From contig NC_086107.1 of the NCBI RefSeq assembly GCF_963921235.1, positions 96,474,001-96,538,000 of the forward strand: 64,000 bases of DNA, given 5' to 3'. Shown here piece after piece: positions 35,435 through 48,949 of the stretch. Position 1 is the stretch's first letter. Every line of letters starts with the position of its first letter. Origin of the DNA: Mobula hypostoma (taxonomy: Eukaryota). The position numbers and the translations under genes were made by a program. The notes beneath the pieces were generated by a model. The model was not told the origin of the DNA, made no database searches, and worked only from the letters and a program-made list of their open reading frames with translations.

Positions 35435-36699
35435 CAATATTATAACTGATCGGTTATCCAGATATTAAGTTGGAAATTGTACACGTTTTTGCTCTATCAT
35501 TTGATGATCATACATGTATTGTTTCAAACTCTGTAATTTACATTTCAACTAAAAAAAACTTTTGCCTTCATCAAAAATTTCTTGTTCTGAAGAAAGGGGG
35601 TGTAACGGGGTCCTGAATTACCGCTATAAATTGCGCTCGATTACCCCTATGAACTGTGCTTTTGAAAGGAGAGAGAGAGAGAGTTATTTAACACCGACAC
35701 GTTTTTGAAAAGAGAGAGAGAGAGAGAGATGAAGACTGCTGACAGATTGTTTATATTTTCTTCAAGGACATCGCCTGCTTGTACTCTTCCACAGACAGAG
35801 ATGGGTGGAGTTATTTGAGAGACAATTGGTGCTCAGCACGGGAAGATAAAATAGGAGGTCAGATGATATAGACGTCAGGCACATGTTTTGGACACTGAAT
35901 GAGCTTTGTTGTGCCCGCAGGAAAAGTGGGTTTTTGGAGGATCGATCAGGCAGATGGATCAGTGGCTCTTGCAGTGAAAAGAAAAGGCAGTGACTGGTGG
36001 GGAGTTGTCCATGTGTCCACTTTTGCCTGGGTGATAGCTCCACCACAGAAAACCAGTCCTCTTTGTTGTGGTCACAGTCAGTGACTCTTAAATGATTTCG
36101 GAGGACGACGAGAAGATCGATGGCACCAGCTCACCTGAAGACTCAAATCTCTCTCTCTCTCTCCATCACTACTCAACTCAATACCACGAACTGAACTGAA
36201 CTGAACTTTACTCATCATCGTAAGACTGTATCTTTTTACCCCTAGACTTAAGGAAGCTTGGTTTTTCATACATACATTTCCACACTTACTGATATACTTA
36301 CTTATATATATAAAATCATTGCTAACCTGTTTGATTTATCTACATTTATATTACTGTATTGCATAGTTTCTAATAAATATTATTAGTTAATAGCAATACT
36401 GGACTCCAAAGTGTTTTCTATTTCTGCTAGTTCTTCCCATCATAGGGTACGTGACAAGTATATAAAGTATATTGATGGTATTTCTACAAAACCATATATA
36501 GTTTATGGAAACATATTTGTGACAATAAGAAGGTTGAGTCGATTGGGCCTTGGAAGAAGAATTCATCAGCTGGGCAGAAGTGGACAGAAGAATGGCCCTG
36601 AAGGTCAGGAAGAATGACTCAGAGTGGCCCGAAATCCCTCCTCCTAACCTCACCTTGGGATGTAGTCAGGGTCTCCGAGCCACCAGAATTATGAAGTGT

Positions 36700-37480
36700 C
36701 TCCACCAGGGCAACCAACGTCTCAATTTCAACACTCATGCCCAATTCCCTTCCAAACGTTCTGCTCTCCACTCCCTCCGCGCTAATCCTAACCTCACCAT
36801 CAAACCCGCAGATATTGGGGGGGGGTATTGTAGTAGTCTTGCTGACTGACCACCACCTTGCTGAGGCCCAGTGACAACTCTCAGACACCACCTCTTACTC
36901 ACCCCTCAAAGAGGTTCTCACTAAGGAGCACCAGGCCATTGTCTCCCACACCATCACTAACCTTGTTAACTCTGGGGATCTCCCATCCACTGCTACTAAC
37001 CTCATCACTCCCTCACCCCGCACCTCTCGTTTCTACCTCCTACCCAAGATCCACAAACCTGCCTGTCCAGGTAGACCCATTGTTTCAGCTTGTTCCTGCC
37101 CCACTGAATTCATAGCTGCAGATCTCGACTCAGTTTTATCCTCCCTGGTTCAGTCCCTTCCTACCTACAACCATGACACTTCACACGCTCTGGATCTTTT
37201 CAATGATTTCAAGTTCCCTGGACCCCACCATCCCTATACACCTCCATCCCCCACCAGGAAGGCCTCAAAGCTCCCCGTTTCTTTCTGAACACCAGACCCA
37301 ACCAGTTCCCCTCCACCAACACTCTGCTCCATCTCGCGGAACTTGTCCTCACTCTTAATAATTTTGGCACCTACCCACGCCCTTCAAACAAAAGATGTTG
37401 CCATGGGCACTCGCATGGGTCCCAGCTATGGCTGCCTTTTTGCTGGCTACGGGGGACAGTTTATGATCCAAGCCTACACT
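36700..37480 (+). mobile_element. Penelope RT fragment
   Basis: LTIKPAD, FYLLPKIHKPACPGRPIVS, SLYTSIPHQEG and AMGTRMGPSY motifs across frames. Confidence 0.85.
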
Positions 37481-38029
37481 CTCTACCACTCTACTGTGCT
37501 CATTCCACACTAGTATCACCCTCTAGAGTGAAGAAGCTCTCTCTCAGACTATCAGATCTTATAGTATACCTCTGTATGGTCTCCCCTCTTTCTTCTGTGC
37601 TCCAGGGAATAGTCATGACCTATTCAACTTTTCTTTGTAACTCAAGTCTTCAAATCCTGACAACATCTGCGGCAGCACAGGTACCAGAGTGAATGGCATA
37701 ACAATATTACAGGGCTAGGTACCCGGGCTCAATTCCCACCACTGTCTGTAAGGAGGCTGTACGTTCTCCCCGTGACCGCGTGGGTTTCCTCCGGGTGCTC
37801 TGGTTTCCTCCCACAGTCCAAAGACCGGTTGGTAGATTAATTGGTCATTGTAGACTGTCCTGTGATTAAGCCAGGGTTAAATCGGGGGATTGCCGGGCGG
37901 TGCAGCTCGAAGGGCCGGAACAGTCTATTCACGTTGTATCTGAATAAATAAAATAAAAATAAATAATTGGGTAGAAAGGGTCCACCGGGACAGAAGAGCC
38001 CATTACTTGCTGTATCTCTATATTTAAAA

Positions 38030-39315
38030 AAGAATCTGTGTAGATTTTCTGTGTTCTTTCAAGCTTATTGATACCTTCCCTGTAGATTGGTGAACTGAAC
38101 TACACACAATCCTCCAGATTTGGTCTGATCAATATCTTGTACAACTTCACCATAACATCCCAAGTCCTGAATACAGTATCCAACTCCTGTATTCATTGCG
38201 AAGGGCAATGTGCCAAAAGCTCTCTTTATGATGTTAGCTATCAGTGATGCTATTTTCAAGGAATTACGGATCTATATTCCCAGATCCCTTTGTTCTACCG
38301 CATACCTCAGTGTCCCACTATTAACTGTATAGGTCATACCCTGGTTTGTTCTCCCAAAGCGCAACACCTCACACTCGCCTACATTCGGCTGCATCAGCCA
38401 CTTTTCAGCCCAGTTTCCCAGCTGGTCTAAATCATGATGCAATCTTTGACAGCCTTCCTCACTGTCCACTGCACCACTCCTTGGTGCTATCCACAAATTT
38501 GCTGATTCAGTTTCCCACGCTATCATCTAAATCGCCAATATGGACGATGAACAATAACAGACCAGTACCAATCCTTGGAGCACACAACTAGTCACAGACC
38601 CCCAGTCAAAGACAGCTATCCACTACCACTCTCTGTGTCTCCCACTAAGCTAACTTTAAATCCAGTTTACTAGTTCATCCTAACTGGCAAGCAATTTAAC
38701 CTTTTGGACCAGTCTCTTATGTGGGACTTCGTCAAAGGCTTTGCTAAAATCCATGAGGACCTCCTCGAAAAGTTCTGTAAGATTGATTAGACATAACTTG
38801 CCAGGCACAAAGCCATGTTGGCTATCCCTAATCAGGTCCTTTATATTCAAACACTTATATATCCAGTCCCAATAGACAACAGGTGCAGGAGTAGACCATT
38901 TGGCCCTTCGAGCCAGCACCGCCATTCACTGTGATCATGGCTGATCATCCACAATCAGTATCCAGTTCCCGCCTTATCCCCATAACCTTTGATTCCGCTA
39001 TCTTTAAGAGCTCTATCCATCTCTTTCTTGAAAGCATCCAGAGACTTGGCCTCCACAGCCTCCTGGGGCAGAGCATTCCATATATCCACCACTCTCTGGT
39101 TGAAAAAGTTTTTCCTCAACTCCGTTCTAAATGGCCTACCCTTAATTCTTAAACTGTGGCCTCTGGATATGGACTCACCCATCAGCTGGAACATGCTTCC
39201 TGACTCCAGCATGTCCAATCCCTTAATATTCTTATATGTTACTTTCCAATACTTTACCTATGACTGATGTCAGGCTCACCAGCTGTTCATTTCCTGGCTT
39301 AATCTTAGAGCCATT
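38030..39315 (-). mobile_element. Old CR1 RT fragment with a younger CR1 3' end nested at ~38872-39236
   Basis: QHGFVPGKLCLINL..DFSKAFDEVPH; SRGHSLRIKGRPFRTELRKNFFNQRVV. Confidence 0.85.
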
Positions 39316-39932
39316 CTTAAATAAAATTCGACCCTGTTTCCATAGAGAAGAGGAAGTTATCATCAGCAGTTTTTGGTTGGAAGAGATGAAACCACAGTCC
39401 ATGAGCGGTATTGCAAATAGTGAAAATCTTTAGTGTAGAGGTGGGAGTTATTTGAAGAAGGCATTAGGACAAACTTAGGTATTTAAGCCAGCACTGTTAT
39501 TGCTACTTAATTGTTCCAGGAAAGGGCAAAGGTTTGACGAACTTCTCATGCTTCAGTTTTCAATTTGGCATAGAAACGCAAAATTACATCTCAATAGTTT
39601 GAGTCAAGGGCGCCTCAGAGCAGACACAAGGCATTCTGAGAGGAGTGGATAAGCAGCCTGAGTTGGTACTAACAGTACAGGCAACAACAGGAGATGATAT
39701 CCTGCTACAGTAGCGTAGTGGTAAGGGTGATGCCATTGCAGCTCGAGACGTTCCGGATTTTGCGGTTCAGTTCCGGTGCCATCTGTCAGGAGCCTCTGTA
39801 TGCCATCCCTGTGGGCTACGTGTGTTTGCCCCGGGTCCCCCGCCTTCCTCTCCCAGTCCAAAGGCATACCGGGAAGGTTTAACAGTCATTGAAAATTGTC
39901 CCGTGGTTAGGTTAGGGTTAATCGGGGTTGTG

Positions 39933-40236
39933 TCGGCTCGTGGCCAAGTGGTTAAGGCGTTCGTCTAGCATCTGAAGGTCGCTAGTTCGAGCCTTGGCTG
40001 AGGCAGCATGTTGTGTCCTTGAGCAAGGCATTTAATCACACATTGCTCTGCGACGACACTGGTGCCAAACTGTTTGGGTCCTAATGCCCTTCCCTTGGAC
40101 AACATCAGTGGCCTGGAGAGGGGAGACTTGCAGCATGGGCAACTGCCGGTCTTCCATACGACCTTGCCCAGGCCTGCACCCTGGAAACCTTCCAAGGCGC
40201 AAATCCATGGTCTCACGAGACTAACGGATGCCTATG
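39933..40236 (+). mobile_element. tRNA-headed SINE with CORE-like central domain and 13-bp TSD AATCGGGGTTGTG, inserted in a V-SINE; relatives at ~51890-52145 and ~53109-53405
   Basis: A box TGGCCAAGTGG, B box GTTCGAGCC, gtgtccttgagcaaggca. TSD at 39920-39932 and 40237-40249. Confidence 0.88.
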
Positions 40237-40329
40237 AATCGGGGTTGTGGGGTTGCGTGGCTGGAAGGACCCAATCTGCAAGCACATTGCTAAAATAAAT
40301 TCAAATAAAAACAATAGAATGAATGAAAG

Positions 40330-43300
40330 AGAATGCAGGGTGCTTGGCAGAATGTAAAAACGACCTGTAGACCTTGTGCCATGTGCTAGCAAGGCAAGAA
40401 ATAGGAGGTTGTGCTGTTCAATGCATGGCCAAGCAGCTGGTGCAGGAGACAGGGCTTCATGTACATGGATCTTTGGGCTCTTCCAGCCAGGGCAGACCTG
40501 TTCAAGAGGGAGGAACTGCACTTAAACAGGAGGAGTGCGAGTACTCTTGCAGGGAGATTCGCTGGTGTTACTCTGGAGGGTTGAAGCCAGTGCGGAAGGA
40601 GTATGGGAGCCAGAGCAACGGATCAGCAAGCAGACGGATTGAGGTGAAAGTAAAGATTAGGTCGAGTAGACCTGACAGGCAGATAAATGATGGGCTGAAG
40701 TGTGTTTGTTCCAACGCAAGGAGTAACAAGGCTAAGGTGGGTGAACTTGGATCGTGGATCAGTGCCTGGAAATATAATGTGGCCATTACCGATTCCTGGC
40801 CAAGAGGGGAACAGCTCTGTTCCAGGGGTTCGGTGTCTCTGAAGCAGCTGAGAGGGATATGAAAGCAGGGTGGAGCTGCAGAGGAACATCACTGCTGTAG
40901 AGAGGACATCCTGCAGGGCTCGTCACTGAAACAAAATTGCTGCATCTCAGGAACAAGGAAGGTGCACTCACTACAGGCCTAGAAGGAGATAGAGGATTTG
41001 GGAAGGGTGTGAAAGCAACAGGGTCACTGTAAGTGGCTGACTAATGTCCCCTATAATACATAGAACAGTCCAGGCCCTTCGGCCCACAATGTTGTGCTAC
41101 CCAAAATAAACCTACTTCATGATCAATCTGACCGTTCCCCCCCCCCACACAGCCACAACCCCCCATGTGCCCAAGGGACTTCCAAATGTTCAGTTTGTAT
41201 CTGGGTCTGCCTCCAACCCCAGCGTTGCATTCCAGGCACGCGCCACTCTCTGTGTTTAAAGAAAAGAGCCTGCCTCTGACATCTCTCCTAAACTCTCCCC
41301 CATTTGCCTTAAATTGATAATCTATGGTACTGACCATTGCCACCTGGAGACAAAGAAGCTGTACGTCTGTTTCTCTGTACTCCTCTCATAATCTTATCCA
41401 CCTCTATCGTTGCCTCTCATTTTCTATCATTTCAAAAGAGAAAAGCCCTCGCTTGCTTAGCCTTTCCTCATTAGACATGTTCTGCATTCCAGGCAGCATC
41501 CTGGTAAACCTGCCCTGCACCGTCTCTACAGCTTCCACAATCTTCCTATAATGGGTGACCAGAAATGCACGCATGCTCCAAGTGTGGTCTAATCAGAGTT
41601 TTATAGAGCTGCAACATTACCTCAACAGCCTTTAACTCAATCCCTCAACTAATGAAAGCCAGCACACCATACGCCTTCTCGACAACCCTATTAATTTGCT
41701 GGTGAACTTTGAGGTATCCATAGACTTGGGGCCCAAGATCCCTCCATTAACTATGAACCCTGCCATTAACCTTGCACCCTGCCTTCAAGTACAATCTTCC
41801 AAAGGGTATCATTTCACACTTCTCTGGACTGAGCTCCCATCTGCCACTTCTCTACCCAGATCTGCATACCGTCTATACCCAGATGTAACCTATGAGAACC
41901 TTCTACACTTCTCGCCAACCAACCAACATTTGTGTCACCTGCTTACTAGCCCACTCTTCCACTTACTCATCCAAGTTATTCATAAAAATCACAAAGAGCA
42001 GGGGTCCCACAATGGATTCCTGCGGAACTCCACTGGTTGCTGGCCTCCAGGCAGAATATATTCCATCTACTACTGTCTCATGCCTTCTGAGGGCTAGCCA
42101 ATTCTGAATCCATGCAGCCAAGTTGCTCTGGATTCCACGCCTCATGACTTTCTGGGTAAGTCTACCAAGAGGAACGTTGTCAAATACTTCACTAAAATCC
42201 ATGTCCACCACACCCACTGCTCTACGTCCATTAATTTGGCTTTCTCACTTCCCTCACAAAGCCACACTGACTCAACCTAATCAGACTTTACTTCTCCAAA
42301 TGCTCATAAATCCTGCCCCTAAAAATCCTTTCCGATCATCTGCCTGCCACTGATGTAAGACTCATTGGTCTGTAATTGTCAAGATTCTCCTGTTGGCTTT
42401 CTTGAACAGTGTTTGCCATCCTCCAATCCCACTCCTGTGGTCAGGTGGTCAGAAAGATCATTGTCAGCAACCCAGCAATCTCTTTCCTTGCTTCCATTAA
42501 TAATCAGGGTATATTCCACCTGGCCCCGAGGATTTCAAATGCTTATCAGAAGATCCAGCACTTTCTTCTTTCTTGACCTCAACGTGCTCCAGCACATCAC
42601 CCTGTTCTGCACTGACCTCACGTTCATCAAAGTCCCTCTTCCTGTTGGAATTGCATTATGGACCTCCCCTACCTTCTCCATCTCCAGGCACATTTCCCCC
42701 TTTATCCCAGAGCGGTCCCACCCTCCATTCTTTTGTGCAACACATTGGGATTTTCTTAATCTTACTCACTAAAGCCTTTTCATCGTCCTCTGGCTCTCCT
42801 AAGTCCCCTCTTCAGCTCCTTTTAACACATACTGGGCCAGCAATCCTTCCTGGACTCACCTAACAATTTCTGGCTGATCTAAGGAGGCGCCTATCGATAT
42901 TAAGGAAGTTGAAGTCACCTACAATCAAAACTCTGTTATTTTCACATTTTACCAAAATCTGTCCACTGATCTGCTCCACGGTGTGTCTGTACTACTTGGG
43001 GGAGGGTGCTGGTGCTATAGATTACACCCAGTAGAGTGATTACTCCCTTCCTGCTTCTGACTTAAGACCATTAAGACATAGGAGCAGAATTAGATCATTC
43101 TCCCTGCCTTCTCCCTGTGACCCAGCATGCCCTGACTAATCAAGAATCTATCAGCCTCTGCTCCCAATGACTTGGCCTCCACAATCACTAATGGCAACAA
43201 AGTCCACAGATTCACCATCCTCTGGCTAAAGAAATTTCTCCTCAGATCCGTTCTAAATGGATGTCCCTCTATTCTGAGGCTGTGCCCTCTGGTTCTAGAC

Positions 43301-44812
43301 TCCCTCATCAGAAGTATCCTCTCCACATCCACTCAGTCTAGGCCTTTCAACATTCGATATATTTCCATGAGATCCCCCCTCATTCTTCCAAATTCCAGCG
43401 AGTAAAGGCCCAGAGCCATCAATTGCTCCTCATATGATAAGCCTTACTATCCCGGAATCATTCTTGTGAACCTCCTCGGAACCCTCTCCGATGTCAGCAC
43501 ATCCTTTTTTAAATCAGAGGCTCAAAACTGTTCACAATACCCAAAATGAGGCCTCACCAGTGCCTTATAAAGGCTCAGCATCACATCCTTGCTTTTATGT
43601 TCTAGTCCTTTTGAAACGAACGCTAACATTGCATTTGCTTTCCTCACCACTGACTCAACCTGCAGATTAACCTTTAGGGAACCCTGCACAAGGGCTACGC
43701 AGTCCCTTTGCACCTCAGACTTTTGAATTTTCTCCCCATTTAGAAAATAATCTAAGCTTTTATTTCTTCTACCAAAGTGCATGACCACACACTTCCCAAC
43801 ACTGCATTCCACCTGCCTCTTCTTTGCTCATTCTCCTAATCTGTCTGAGTCCTTCTATACCCTCCCTGCTTTCTCAACACTACTTGCACCTCCACCTATC
43901 TTCATGTCGTCTGCAAACTTGGCCACAGAGCCATCAATCCCGTCACCCTAATTACGAACATACAGCGTAAAAAGCAGTTCCAACCGCAATCCTTGTGGAA
44001 CACCACTAGTCACCAGCAGCAAATCAAAAAGGGCTCCCTTTATTCTCACATTTGCCTCCTGCTAATCAGCCAATGCTCTATCCAGGTTAGTATCTTTCCT
44101 GTAATACCATGGGCTCTTATCTTGCTAAACAGCCTCATGTGCAGCACCTTGTCAAAGGCCTGCTGAAAATCCAAGGACACAACATCCACCTAATATCCTT
44201 TTTGTTATGTCCTCAAAGAATTATAAGAGATTTGTCCGGCAAAATTTTGCCTTAAGGAAACCATGCTGACTTTGGCCTATTTTACCACATGCTTCCAAGT
44301 ACCCTGAAACCACATCCTTAACAATCGACTCCAACATCTTCCAACCAGTGATGCCAAGCTATAAGTTCCTTTCTTCTGCCTCCCTCCCTTCTCGAAGAGT
44401 GGAGTGACATTTGCAATTTTCTAGTCCTCCAGAACCATTCCAGAGTTTAGTGATTCTTGGAAGATCATTACTAACACTTTCACAATATCTTCAGCCACCT
44501 ATTTCATCTGGTCCAGGTGACTTATCTACCTTCAGACCTTTCAGTTTCCCAAGCACCTTCTTCCTAGTAATGGCAACTGCACTCACTTCTGTCCCATGAC
44601 ACTCTCAAACTTCTGGCATGCTGTTAGTGTCTTCCACAGTGAAGACTGATGCAAAAGACTTAATTCAGTTTGTATGTCATTTCTTTGTACCTCATTACTA
44701 CCTCTCCAGCGTAATTTTCCTGCAGTTCAATATCTACTTTTGCCTCTCTTTTACTCTTTATATATCTGAAAAAACATTTGATGTCCTCTTTGATATTGTT
44801 GGCTAGCTTACC
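40330..44812. mobile_element. Stack of decayed CR1 LINEs (+ 40330-41040; - 41050-43060; - 43065-44812)
   Basis: Repeated CR1 APE/RT peptides ([44 protein letters not shown]). Confidence 0.85.
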
Positions 44813-45994
44813 TACAGACAATTCCTCCATGATATCCTCCCCTTTCTGCAACCCTGATTAGCACCTACCAGGATGATCTCTTGACACAGAATTAGAAAAT
44901 GCATTGGATTAGATAATATTTAGCAAAAAGGAGAGGTTAGACCAACTTGGACAGTTTTCGCTGGAGCATCAGAGGCTAGAGGGGTGACCTGAAAGAAATA
45001 TATAAAATTACGAGAAATAGAGATCAGGCAGGTAGTCTCTTCTCCCAGAGTGACAATACTGCGCAGACACAGGCTTTTGACCAAACAGGTCCATGCCAAC
45101 CAAGGTGCAATCAAAGTTGGTCTCATTTGCCTGAATTTGGCCCATGTCCCTCTAAACCTTTCCTATCATGTACTCTTTTAAAATGCTGCTATTTTAACTG
45201 TTTCAACCACTTCCTTGTTCCATCTGCACTCAACCCTCAGCATATAGAAATTCTATCCCCCCCCCACCCCCCCCCCAAGATTCCTTTCTCCTCTCACCTT
45301 AAACCTTTACCCTCTAGGTTTTGGTTTCCCTGGGAAAGACATTCACCTGATCTACACCCTTTATGATTTTCAACAACTCTGAGGTGACCCCCTCCCCCCC
45401 GGCAACATTCGCTGCACTCTTTCTGGCTTCACAACACCTTTCCTGTAACAGGGTGACCTGAATTAAACAAGTGTAGCCGCAACAATGTCTTGTACAACTA
45501 CAACATAACGTCCCAGCGAGCTTTATAAGGCAAGGTCTGAATGGACTTTTTTTGTTTCAACAGTGTTCTTTCTTGTGCATAGTCTATGTTTAATTGATAT
45601 TTCTCTTGTGGATGCTGCTCACATGATACAATATATCTAAGTGCCATTGTAACAAGTTTTTCATTGTACATTTGAAAATTAACTCGACTTGGAAACTCCT
45701 TTATTCAAAACCATGATGAAGGCCAGTGTGCCAAAAGTTTTTTTTTCACCATCCTGTCTACCTCCGATGCTACTTTCTGCAAACTATCTACCTATGCTTC
45801 ACGGCTCCATCTGTTCCATAACACTCCCCAGAGTCTTGACAACCATGGCATAAGCTCCACCCTGGTTTGACATCCCAAAGTACAACACCTCACTTCACAC
45901 TTTCCTTTCCTCAGCACAAGTACCTTCCTAAGTCAGCACCTTCCAGACCCACGACCACCACCATCTAGAAGGACAAGAACAGCAGATACCTGGG

Positions 45995-46240
45995 AACACC
46001 ACCGCTTGGAGATCTCTCTCCAAGTCACTCACCACCCTGACTTGCTGTTCCTTCATAGTCGCTGGGTCAAGATCTTGGAATTCCCTCCCTAACGGCGCTG
46101 TGGGTGTACCTACACCTCAGGGACAGCAGCGGTTCAAGAAGGCAGCTCATCACCACCTTCTCAAGGGTAACTAGGGATGGGCAATAAATGCTGGCTTGGT
46201 TGGCGACACCCACAACCCGTAAATCAATAAATAAAAAAAG
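45995..46240 (+). mobile_element. 3' tail of a CR1/L2-group LINE or Deu-SINE-type element
   Basis: tggaattccctccctaac..cagcggttcaagaaggcagctcatcaccaccttctcaagggtaactagggatgggcaataaatgctggc, then an A-rich tail. Confidence 0.6.
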
Positions 46241-47094
46241 TTTGTAGCTGACCTGTAATTCTTGATACCTTTCTGCACTGACTACAATTACAGCTGATAC
46301 TATTTTATCATCAATTACAAATAGAGGACATAGTTTTGAGGTGGGGTGGGGTGTTAGATTTAGCACAGCAATTTCTCCCTCTTTTGCCTGTTACGCTGGC
46401 AGCATTATTCACCTCTGGCGGTGTCCACAGCTTCCTTCATTGTGTCGGTAGCTTCCTTGCGGTTTTCGCTACTGTCATTCTCCCGGCTGGGGACTCAGGA
46501 ATAGCATGGCACTCAGATGTAGAAGGATTCTTCATTGTCATTTCTGCAACAATTTTGTTTGGCCAGTCGGGGTTGTTGGCCTTGACCTGAACCCCAAATC
46601 TGTCAGATTGGTGGACTACCCTTAGTTTGGCCTCTACCCTTTGACCTGTTTGGCATGAGTGACCGTACCAAGAGCCAAAGCCCAAAGCCCTGACTCCAGC
46701 CAACACAGCTCTCCAGGTCACTGAGATACATAAGCCTCCAAACCACAACAAGGAGCATAGCGATTGCCGCAAAGCTCCTACAGCTTGGGCCATTGGACTT
46801 GAGAGTTCAATCCCAGAGACCTCTGTAATGAGTTTGTACGTCCTCCCCATCGAACGTGTGCATTTGCTTTGGCTGCCTTGGTTTCCTCCCACAGTTCAAA
46901 GAACTACCAGTTAGTAGGTTAATTGGTCATTGTAAATTGCCACGTGATTAGGCTAGCGTTAAATCAGCAGTTGGTTGCTGGTAGCATGGCTTGAAGGGCC
47001 GATTCCCCACTGTATCTCAATCACTGAGATGTACATGGTGCATTTTTTAAAAACATAGAACGTTAAAAAAGCTCCGTTCAATACAGTTTGGCAC

Positions 47095-48075
47095 TTCCAT
47101 TAGATCCTGGATAATGGACTACCTGACTGTCAGACCACAGTGTGTGTGGCTTCAGAGCTGTGTGTCAGACCTGGCTATGAGCAGCACTGGGGCCCCACAG
47201 GAGACTGTATTGGCTCCCATCCTGTTTACCCTGTATACCTCGGACTTTAGACACAACACTGAGTCATGTCATCTGCAGAAATTCTCTGATGAATCGGCAA
47301 TAGTTGGCTGTAGAAAGGAAGGATGGGAGGATGAATATAGGACCCTGGTGGAGGACTTTGTCAAATGGTGCAAGCTGAATCATCTGCAGCTCAACATCAG
47401 TAAGACAAAGATAGTGATGGACTTTAGGAAGACTGAGCCTGTATTGTTCCCTGTTACTATTGATGGTGAGGACCTACAAGTAGCTGGGGTGCACCTGGAT
47501 GACAGACTTGGGTGGAGCACCAACACAGAAACTGTGTACAAGGGCCAGAGTCACCTCGACTTCCTGAGGAGACCCAGGTCCCTTGGAGTATGCAGACCTC
47601 CCCTTCATGTTCTACTAGTCTGTTGCCAGTACAGTCTTCTATGCGCTGGTGTGCTGGGGCAATGGGTGATGCCAACAGGCTTGAAAAAACTGATTAGAAA
47701 GGCTGGCTGTGTTATAGGAGTCAAACTGGACACACTGGAGGCTGTGGTAGAACAAAGGACCCTACAGAAAATCCTGGCAATTCTGGATAATGTTTCTCAC
47801 CTTCTTCATGCCACCTTAGCTAAACGGAGGAGCACTTTTAGTAAAAGACTAAGACAACTGTGCTGCTCCAAAGAGCGCTATATGAGGTCATTCTTACCCC
47901 CGGCCATTAGGCTCTATAATGAGTCAACCTATAGCGGGGGAAGTGATAACTCCCCCCCAGCTCCTGTTAGACTGAGGTAACATATCTTTTATTCTTTCTA
48001 CTTCTCTTCCAATATTTATATCTGCGCACTTGTAATGCTACTGTGCCTGTAATTTCCTCTGGGATCAATAAAGTA
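47095..48075 (+). mobile_element. Rex1/Babar LINE RT C-half; other 3' fragments at ~52190-52630, ~55535-55795, ~58645-58920, ~59805-59930
   Basis: WIMDYLTVRPQCV..STGAPQETVLAPILFTLYTSD..LQKFSDESAIVG..LQLNISKTK..RSFLPPAIRLYN. Confidence 0.85.
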
Positions 48076-48949
48076 TGTTAGATGCCTGGAATGCACAACT
48101 AAAAGTGGTGGGAACAGATACAACAGCAATGCCTAGGGGGTGTTTAGCTTGGCACAGACAGCAAACTGAGGGGTAAGGACCATATGCAGTTCAATTGGCA
48201 TCATGGTCAGCAGAGAAATTGTGGGCATAAGGACCCATTCCTATGTTCCCCCACAATCAAGGGGGACGTCATTGAAACCTACTGAATGTTGAAATAGAGT
48301 GGACATGCAGAGGATGTTTCCTGTGGTGAGGTGAGTCTAGGACCAGAGGCCTCAGAATGGGATGCCCATTTAGAACTGAGACGAGGAGGAATTTCTTTTG
48401 CCAGAGAGTGGTCAATCTGTGGAATTCGTTGCCACAGGCAGCTGTGGAGGCCAAGTTATTGGGTGTAGTTTAAGGCAGGAGATTGGGGCAGAGGGGAAAA
48501 TGGATTAGCCAAGATGAAATGGCAGACTCAATGGGCCAAATGGCCTAATTCTGCTCCTATTCTTTGTGGCCTTATAAAGCTGTGGAGGTGAATTCATTGA
48601 ATACATTTAAAGTGCAGATTGACAGACATTTAAGCCACAAGGGAGTAGAAGTGTATGGGGAAGAGTGGAAAATGGAGCTGAGGTAAATACCTGGGACAGT
48701 CTGATACTGAATGGTACAGCAGGCTTGAGGTGTTGAATGGCCAAGACCTGCTTTTTTTATCCTTGTGGTTAAATCGGAGGAATGGAGGGGTTTTTTAAAA
48801 AAATGGAATTACAGGGCTGGGACAGTGAAAGTGGGAACAGCTCAGACCCTGAGAGATTTAAAGACGAGAATGAAGACATTACTGCACAGGCTCCCTATGG
48901 ACCGGAGCAAATACAATCTGGATGCCGGCGACTGTGCATTACTGAAACA

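Larger units (their letters stand above)
30665..36456 (+). mobile_element. Gmr1-like Ty3/Gypsy LTR retrotransposon, full length but decayed, TSD AGTAT
   Basis: LTRs at 30665-31527 and 35601-36456 (TGT..ACA). TSD at 30660-30664 and 36457-36461. Decayed tRNA-Pro-like PBS (tggggcctgcgtccgtgat), PPT gaagaaaggggg, domain order gag-INT-RT-RH. Confidence 0.93.

Noticed and set aside
39345..39420. Possible coding exons in unique stretches (also ~24525-24590 and ~27717-27960)
   Set aside because: Weak splice signals and no recognisable peptide.
39933..40005. tRNA genes (also at 51890 and 53109)
   Set aside because: A/B boxes run into SINE body sequence with a TSD, and no complete cloverleaf is present.
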